A stretch of 10,134 nucleotides of DNA. It comes from a virus. Below, piece after piece: positions 6,188 through 10,134 of this stretch; the stretch's first letter is position 1, and the number at the start of each line of letters is the position of its first letter. The notes beneath the pieces are model-generated. The model saw only the letters and a list, made by a program, of their open reading frames with translations. It made no database searches and was not told the origin of the DNA. The translations under genes and the position numbers were made by a program. The stretch is taken from UHGV virus genome UHGV-1424210, one strand, 5' to 3'.

Positions 6188-6216
6188 ATGCCGGAAAATC
6201 TATTTTTTTCCGGCAT
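6188..6216. other. 11-bp-stem hairpin between the SSB-like and capsid genes (terminator-like)
   Basis: ATGCCGGAAAA (6188-6198) / TTTTCCGGCAT (6206-6216) with a 7-nt loop. A T-rich tract follows on the plus strand only, so its role in the minus-strand operon is uncertain. Confidence 0.35.
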
Positions 6217-6233
6217 CTTTTTGTTTGCAGAAT

Positions 6234-6656
6234 TTAAAACGGTATATTATCGCCGTACGGATCATCATTCCCCGACTGTTGTTTTGCCCTGTTCAGTGCG
6301 TCAGTGGCCTGCCCCTGCTGGCCTTTTTTGCCGCCCGGTCGCGCTGTTCGCGCACTGATCACGCTGTCTGCGATAACCTGCCAGCCCTGCCGCGTTTCGC
6401 CGTTCTGGCCTGTCCACTGGCTTACCTGCATGTTACCCGCCACGCTCACCAGTTCGCCTTTGTGGTGTTTTGCCAGTGCGTCGGCCTGTCTGCCAAACGC
6501 CAGGACGGATAACCACATCATCGCCGTTCCGTCATCTGCCTGGCTGCACGGAAGGGGGACCGCCATACTAGCCATCGCCATTTGTGTACCCTTGCTGGTG
6601 GTCTTTAACTGCGGGTCAGCCACCAGCCGTCCGTAAGCCGCTATCTGTGCTGTCAT
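6234..6656 (-). CDS. Single-stranded DNA-binding protein (SSB)-like, 140 aa
   Basis: OB-fold-like core WLSVLAFGRQADALAKHHKGELVSVAGNMQVSQWTGQNGETRQGWQVIADSV resembles E. coli SSB [51 protein letters not shown]. Gly/Gln-rich linker and acidic C-terminal tip DDPYGDNIPF (compare SSB DFDDDIPF). SD GGAGAG upstream; the start ATG overlaps the upstream stop (ATGA). Confidence 0.65.
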   Translation of the reverse strand: MTAQIAAYGRLVADPQLKTTSKGTQMAMASMAVPLPCSQADDGTAMMWLSVLAFGRQADALAKHHKGELVSVAGNMQVSQWTGQNGETRQGWQVIADSVISARTARPGGKKGQQGQATDALNRAKQQSGNDDPYGDNIPF

Positions 6657-6895
6657 GCTGTCTGCTCTCCGGTTTTAACGTTGATGGTTGTCACCTGTTC
6701 CGCTTCGGCAATCTCCCGTTCTGTCAGCGTGGCAAAGTTTGCAGCTGCCGTTGTCATGAATGCGCTAATCAGTTCGGGATGTGCTTTCGCATATCCTTCC
6801 CCGGCGTTGCGGTCGATGATTTTTATCGCCACTCTCAGCCAGTGCTCTGTAAGGTCAATAGCGCGGTAGTGTGGTTGTTTGCGGTTTTCCTTCAT
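6653..6895 (-). CDS. Hypothetical protein, 80 aa, translationally coupled to the SSB-like gene
   Basis: ATG-initiated ORF whose stop overlaps the SSB-like start (ATGA). First gene after the iteron region. No recognisable motif. Confidence 0.5.
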   Translation of the reverse strand: MKENRKQPHYRAIDLTEHWLRVAIKIIDRNAGEGYAKAHPELISAFMTTAAANFATLTEREIAEAEQVTTINVKTGEQTA

Positions 6896-6935
6896 AGTTC
6901 AGATCTCAATTTTTCGTATATATATACAAAACAGT

Positions 6936-7250
6936 GCGGGTTATGCGGGTTAGCGGGTTATCTTCGCTTGCTAAGTATTTTTTATTCCTTAATATCAATA
7001 CATTACAAAATTAACTGTTTACTGTTTAGCCGTGGCGTAACCCGCAAAATGCTCAAAATAACCCGCAAACGGGGTTTTTTCTGCGGGTTACGCGTGGCTG
7101 TTTGCTGTCACTTCCTGTTATTCATCTGCGGGTTATAATCGCACTTTTGCGGGTTATAACTGCCGTTTTGCGGGTTACGTGCGGGTTATTGATTTCCTTT
7201 TTATTCATGCAGTTAATGCACTTATACACAGAGTAACCCACATAACCCGC
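6936..7250. repeat. Iteron array (9-bp GCGGGTTAY) flanking an AT-rich stretch: candidate replication origin
   Basis: Direct copies at 6936-6944, 6945-6953, 6954-6962, 7083-7091, 7128-7136, 7149-7157, 7170-7178 and 7181-7189. Inverted copies (TAACCCGC) at 7036-7044, 7058-7066 and 7242-7250, plus a degenerate one near 7233-7240. AT-rich region 6962-7030. Immediately downstream of the Rep stop at 7274. Confidence 0.7.
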
Positions 7251-7273
7251 AACTTTTCACCTCACACAGGGGG

Positions 7274-9397
7274 TTAATCTTCTGCCTCAGGCTGGAACAT
7301 CAGCACGTAAAAAACATGCTGCTTCCCCCCAATTTTGCCGAGAGCCTTTTTCTTGTAACGGCGATCGTTACCCGCTTCCAGCATTCCGGCAGCACTCAAC
7401 GCGCGGGCAAAGTGGGACGGGTTAAATCCCTGTGCGATCTCCCCCTCAAACACATGAGGAAACGTGTAAAAACGGAACTCATCATCTTCATTTCTGATAC
7501 TCCCCTTTCTGTATCCGGCAAGGTCTTTAATCGGTAAATCACGTTCATCACTGTTTGGGTAAGGAAGGTATCGACTGAACCCGAACGACGACAAAAACGC
7601 CTCAGCCTGTTCAACCATCTGTTTAAATTCCCTGTTACCCGTGCCGAACTCCTTCACCCAGGCATTAAAGTTATGCTGTATTGCGTCCCGGCATTCCTGC
7701 GCGGCCCAGCCAGTTACATGACCGGAAAGCACAAGCGCGGCCTCCAGTATGGCGAAACGCTCACCCACGCGGTGGACTTGCTCGCCGTAGCTCTCCGGTA
7801 TCAGGTTGCGCCACCGTTCGCGGCATTCCCTTACCGTATCCTTTGCCTCCTGCTGGTGGCCTGCCAGCCATTTAACCCACTCACGACCCGCTGCCCCGTG
7901 ATTTTCTGTCCAGGCATCCTTTAACGCGTCTGCGTGCGCCTTTCCGGTGCTGTATTCGTGAAAGTGCGTGGCTTTTTCCATCGGAACGTTAAGCAGGCGG
8001 ACAAGCTGCCCCGCTTTGACTTTTATCCCCTCCGTTTTGAGGAATGTCTCAACGTCCATTTCTCCGGTGCTGATTGCCACCGTGCGCCAGTGTTTTATCT
8101 CCCGGTTGCCGCCGTCCTTCGCCCCCTGTAATTTCCCGGAACCGTTAAACAACGTATAGGCTGACGTGGACACCTCCCGCGCGTTTCCGGCCTGGCCTAT
8201 TTCATCCAGGGGTAACAGCCCGTCGTTGTGCGCCTCTGCCTCGTTAGCGATACCTAACGCTGTGCCGTACCAGGTCAGCCGTTGTGCGTCCGGCTCTCCC
8301 CATAAACTTGATGCGATGTTCTGCGTGGTGGTTTTCCCTGCCGATGACTGTTCGAAAAGATGTACCCCGAAGCCGTCAGCACCAACAAGGCCAATCAAAG
8401 GTGCTGCCAGTGACGTGGCAACACCCAGCATCATGGACGGATTGCCACCAGCCAGCCGCGCCACGCAGTCGCGCCAGCCCTCCGACGTACCCGCAACCGA
8501 ATAGCCATTAACAGTGGCACTTTTTCCGGTAAACAGGATCGGTTTTTCAGAATCACCAATGATTGAGCCGTCCGGCATGATATACGCGCCAAAATGCCAG
8601 CCCGTTGTTGTGCTTAGCTGCCATTCCTCATGGCTTCCGCTTAACTGCATCCAGTCAGCCAGGATAGCCCTGTATTTGCCGTTTGTTGTCACGTTCAGCC
8701 CGTGATCTTTAAGCAACCGCCAGCCGTCACGGTCGCCAATGCCACCACACGGGATCGCCATTGTGATGACTTCATGGTTTGCTAATTTTTTCCAGCGCAT
8801 CACGCGGTAATGCTCTTTACCGATCGTCCCCGTTCCCAGTAGTTCAAGCGGAGAACATAACCACGTCTCAGGCCGGATAATTTCGCCTGACTGCTTATCC
8901 ACTTTGGGCGTTACCCAGAAAACACCATCGACGCGACTTTCAACGCGGGGCTTTAATTCATCATCCTGATAGCATGGCTCTTTTTTCTTTACAGGCAGTT
9001 CAACTACCTTTTTCTTTTCCGCCTGCTCTGCCCGTTCACGTTCCAGATATTCGCGCCAGTTCTCCCGTTTCTGGCTGTGCATTCCTTCAGGGTAATAATC
9101 AGCATCCCTGACACCTGCCGCTGCCAGTTTCTGCCCGATGGTATTAACAAGCCCCGGACGCAATAACCCCGCCTGGTAGAGACGCACGCGATAGCGTCCG
9201 TCCGGTACGATTTGCAGGTTGTCCAGTTCGGCAAGTTGTTGCTCTCCAAGCCAGACAGGTGGCACGTTATCGCCAGCCAGTCGCCCGTCCTGTTCCTGCC
9301 ACTGCTTCGCATGTGCCCACGCATCACTACCCGCAAAAATGATGACTTCCGTCATTTTGTCACGCGGCTGGTGTTTTAAATTTGGCGCTTTTTTCAT
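7274..9397 (-). CDS. Replication initiator (primase/helicase-like ATPase; resembles DUF927-type proteins of CP4-57/PICI-like islands), about 707 aa
   Basis: Long ORF with P-loop-like motif FEQSSAGKTT and Walker-B-like LLPLDEIG. Adjacent iteron origin. Start set at ATG 9397 (SD GGAGAGAG, ATGA overlap with the upstream ORF stop); the ORF-track start at 9412 is GTG. Family assignment is from memory, not from a search. Confidence 0.8.
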   Translation of the reverse strand: MKKAPNLKHQPRDKMTEVIIFAGSDAWAHAKQWQEQDGRLAGDNVPPVWLGEQQLAELDNLQIVPDGRYRVRLYQAGLLRPGLVNTIGQKLAAAGVRDADYYPEGMHSQKRENWREYLERERAEQAEKKKVVELPVKKKEPCYQDDELKPRVESRVDGVFWVTPKVDKQSGEIIRPETWLCSPLELLGTGTIGKEHYRVMRWKKLANHEVITMAIPCGGIGDRDGWRLLKDHGLNVTTNGKYRAILADWMQLSGSHEEWQLSTTTGWHFGAYIMPDGSIIGDSEKPILFTGKSATVNGYSVAGTSEGWRDCVARLAGGNPSMMLGVATSLAAPLIGLVGADGFGVHLFEQSSAGKTTTQNIASSLWGEPDAQRLTWYGTALGIANEAEAHNDGLLPLDEIGQAGNAREVSTSAYTLFNGSGKLQGAKDGGNREIKHWRTVAISTGEMDVETFLKTEGIKVKAGQLVRLLNVPMEKATHFHEYSTGKAHADALKDAWTENHGAAGREWVKWLAGHQQEAKDTVRECRERWRNLIPESYGEQVHRVGERFAILEAALVLSGHVTGWAAQECRDAIQHNFNAWVKEFGTGNREFKQMVEQAEAFLSSFGFSRYLPYPNSDERDLPIKDLAGYRKGSIRNEDDEFRFYTFPHVFEGEIAQGFNPSHFARALSAAGMLEAGNDRRYKKKALGKIGGKQHVFYVLMFQPEAED

Positions 9398-9693
9398 TTC
9401 TGCTCTCTCCACGCGGCAATCATGTTTTTCAGTTCCTGTAGTTTTTTATCCACATCCACACGTGACACATGGTTATTTCTGGAAGTCGGGATTTCCCGCC
9501 GGAATCTGCAAATAAAGATCTCCACGTTCAGCGAACTAAGAAATGAATAGCCATCACGGATAAAATACACACGGTCAAACATCAGTTCTTTTACCGTTAC
9601 TCTGTTACCGTTCTTATCCAGATAAATAGCGCCGGGGATAATTTGGGGGTGTGCATAACCGCTGGCAGTCAAGCCAGATAAATACGTTCTCAT
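9394..9693 (-). CDS. Hypothetical protein, 99 aa, translationally coupled to rep
   Basis: ATG at 9693 with an upstream GGGGAT; stop overlaps the rep ATG. No recognisable motif. Confidence 0.55.
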   Translation of the reverse strand: MRTYLSGLTASGYAHPQIIPGAIYLDKNGNRVTVKELMFDRVYFIRDGYSFLSSLNVEIFICRFRREIPTSRNNHVSRVDVDKKLQELKNMIAAWREQK

Positions 9694-9699
9694 GATTAT

Positions 9700-10020
9700 T
9701 TATCCCCGATTTGAATCAGTATTCGCTTTCTTTATAGCATTTAATGCATCTGTGGCATTTTCAATGGTGCACCGTAACGAAATATCAAAATGTCCAAGCA
9801 TTGCCAGTAACAAACCGATATTACCCATATCAATGCGCATGGCCTTTTCGTCATAGTCCTCATTTTCTGACGCATGCCACATCAGGCTACCAATTGACGC
9901 AACAGCCATTGATATATTGTCAGTAGCCCCATCCGCAGCGGAATAAACCTTTTTAGCAATATCATGCTCACAGTTAAAATGCGGATTAATCAGGTACTGG
10001 TAATTTGACATATCAGGCAT
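9700..10020 (-). CDS. Hypothetical protein, 106 aa
   Basis: ATG-initiated ORF. Its start overlaps the stop of the upstream partial ORF by 8 nt. Six bp separate its stop from the next start. Confidence 0.55.
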   Translation of the reverse strand: MPDMSNYQYLINPHFNCEHDIAKKVYSAADGATDNISMAVASIGSLMWHASENEDYDEKAMRIDMGNIGLLLAMLGHFDISLRCTIENATDALNAIKKANTDSNRG

Positions 10021-10134
10021 GGCACACCCCCTGACGAATACGGGCAGCGAATACCATCACGCAGCCAGCCGGGGATTGCAGGCGTGCTTCCTGTTCGCTG
10101 GTGGCCTCAATGGTAATCACGCGCGGTTGTGCCG
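10013..10134 (-). CDS. Partial CDS (C-terminal 39 codons) entering from the right edge
   Basis: Open minus-strand frame from the window edge to TGA at 10015-10013 (…VITIEATSEQEARLQSPAGCVMVFAARIRQGVCHA), overlapping the next gene start; indicates an operon of at least four genes. Confidence 0.4.
   Translation of the reverse strand, partial: AQPRVITIEATSEQEARLQSPAGCVMVFAARIRQGVCHA

Larger units (their letters stand above)
196..10134 (-). mobile_element. Segment of a phage-satellite/PICI-like integrative element (or two adjacent elements) continuing beyond the right edge
   Basis: Co-occurrence of a tyrosine integrase, two AlpA-family genes, Rep plus iteron origin, cos site, TerS, and capsid and decoration genes, all on one strand, with no tail, portal, protease or large-terminase genes. 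Confidence 0.6.

Noticed and set aside
6584-7138. 184-aa plus-strand ORF spanning the iteron region
   Set aside because: It runs through the iteron and AT-rich origin on the strand opposite every credible gene and gives a low-complexity Cys/Leu-rich translation.
6936-7250. Possible CRISPR array because of repeated GCGGGTTAY units
   Set aside because: Repeats are only 9 bp, occur in both orientations with irregular spacing, and lie directly 3' of a Rep gene beside an AT-rich stretch; this is an iteron origin.

Overview
The window is almost entirely one minus-strand coding block with the hallmarks of a phage satellite or phage-inducible chromosomal island (PICI/P4-like), not a complete prophage. 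Reading the minus strand from right to left: a translationally coupled replication operon (partial ORF, two small unknown ORFs, a ~707-aa Rep with a P-loop-like motif), a 9-bp iteron origin, an unknown small ORF coupled to an SSB-like gene, then a compact packaging module: lambda E-like major capsid protein, lambda D-like decoration protein, an AlpA-family regulator, a lambda-type cos site, a lambda Nu1-like small terminase and one unknown ORF. No large terminase, portal, protease or scaffold gene lies between them. Two tandem intrinsic terminators and a hairpin-rich untranslated stretch follow, then a repeat-studded putative int promoter, a P4-type tyrosine integrase and a second AlpA-family gene. 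The most interesting feature is this apparent hijack module for lambda-like helper phages: own cos, own TerS, own capsid and decoration proteins. All homology calls come from reading the translations and comparing with lambda and E. coli sequences recalled from memory; no database search was run.
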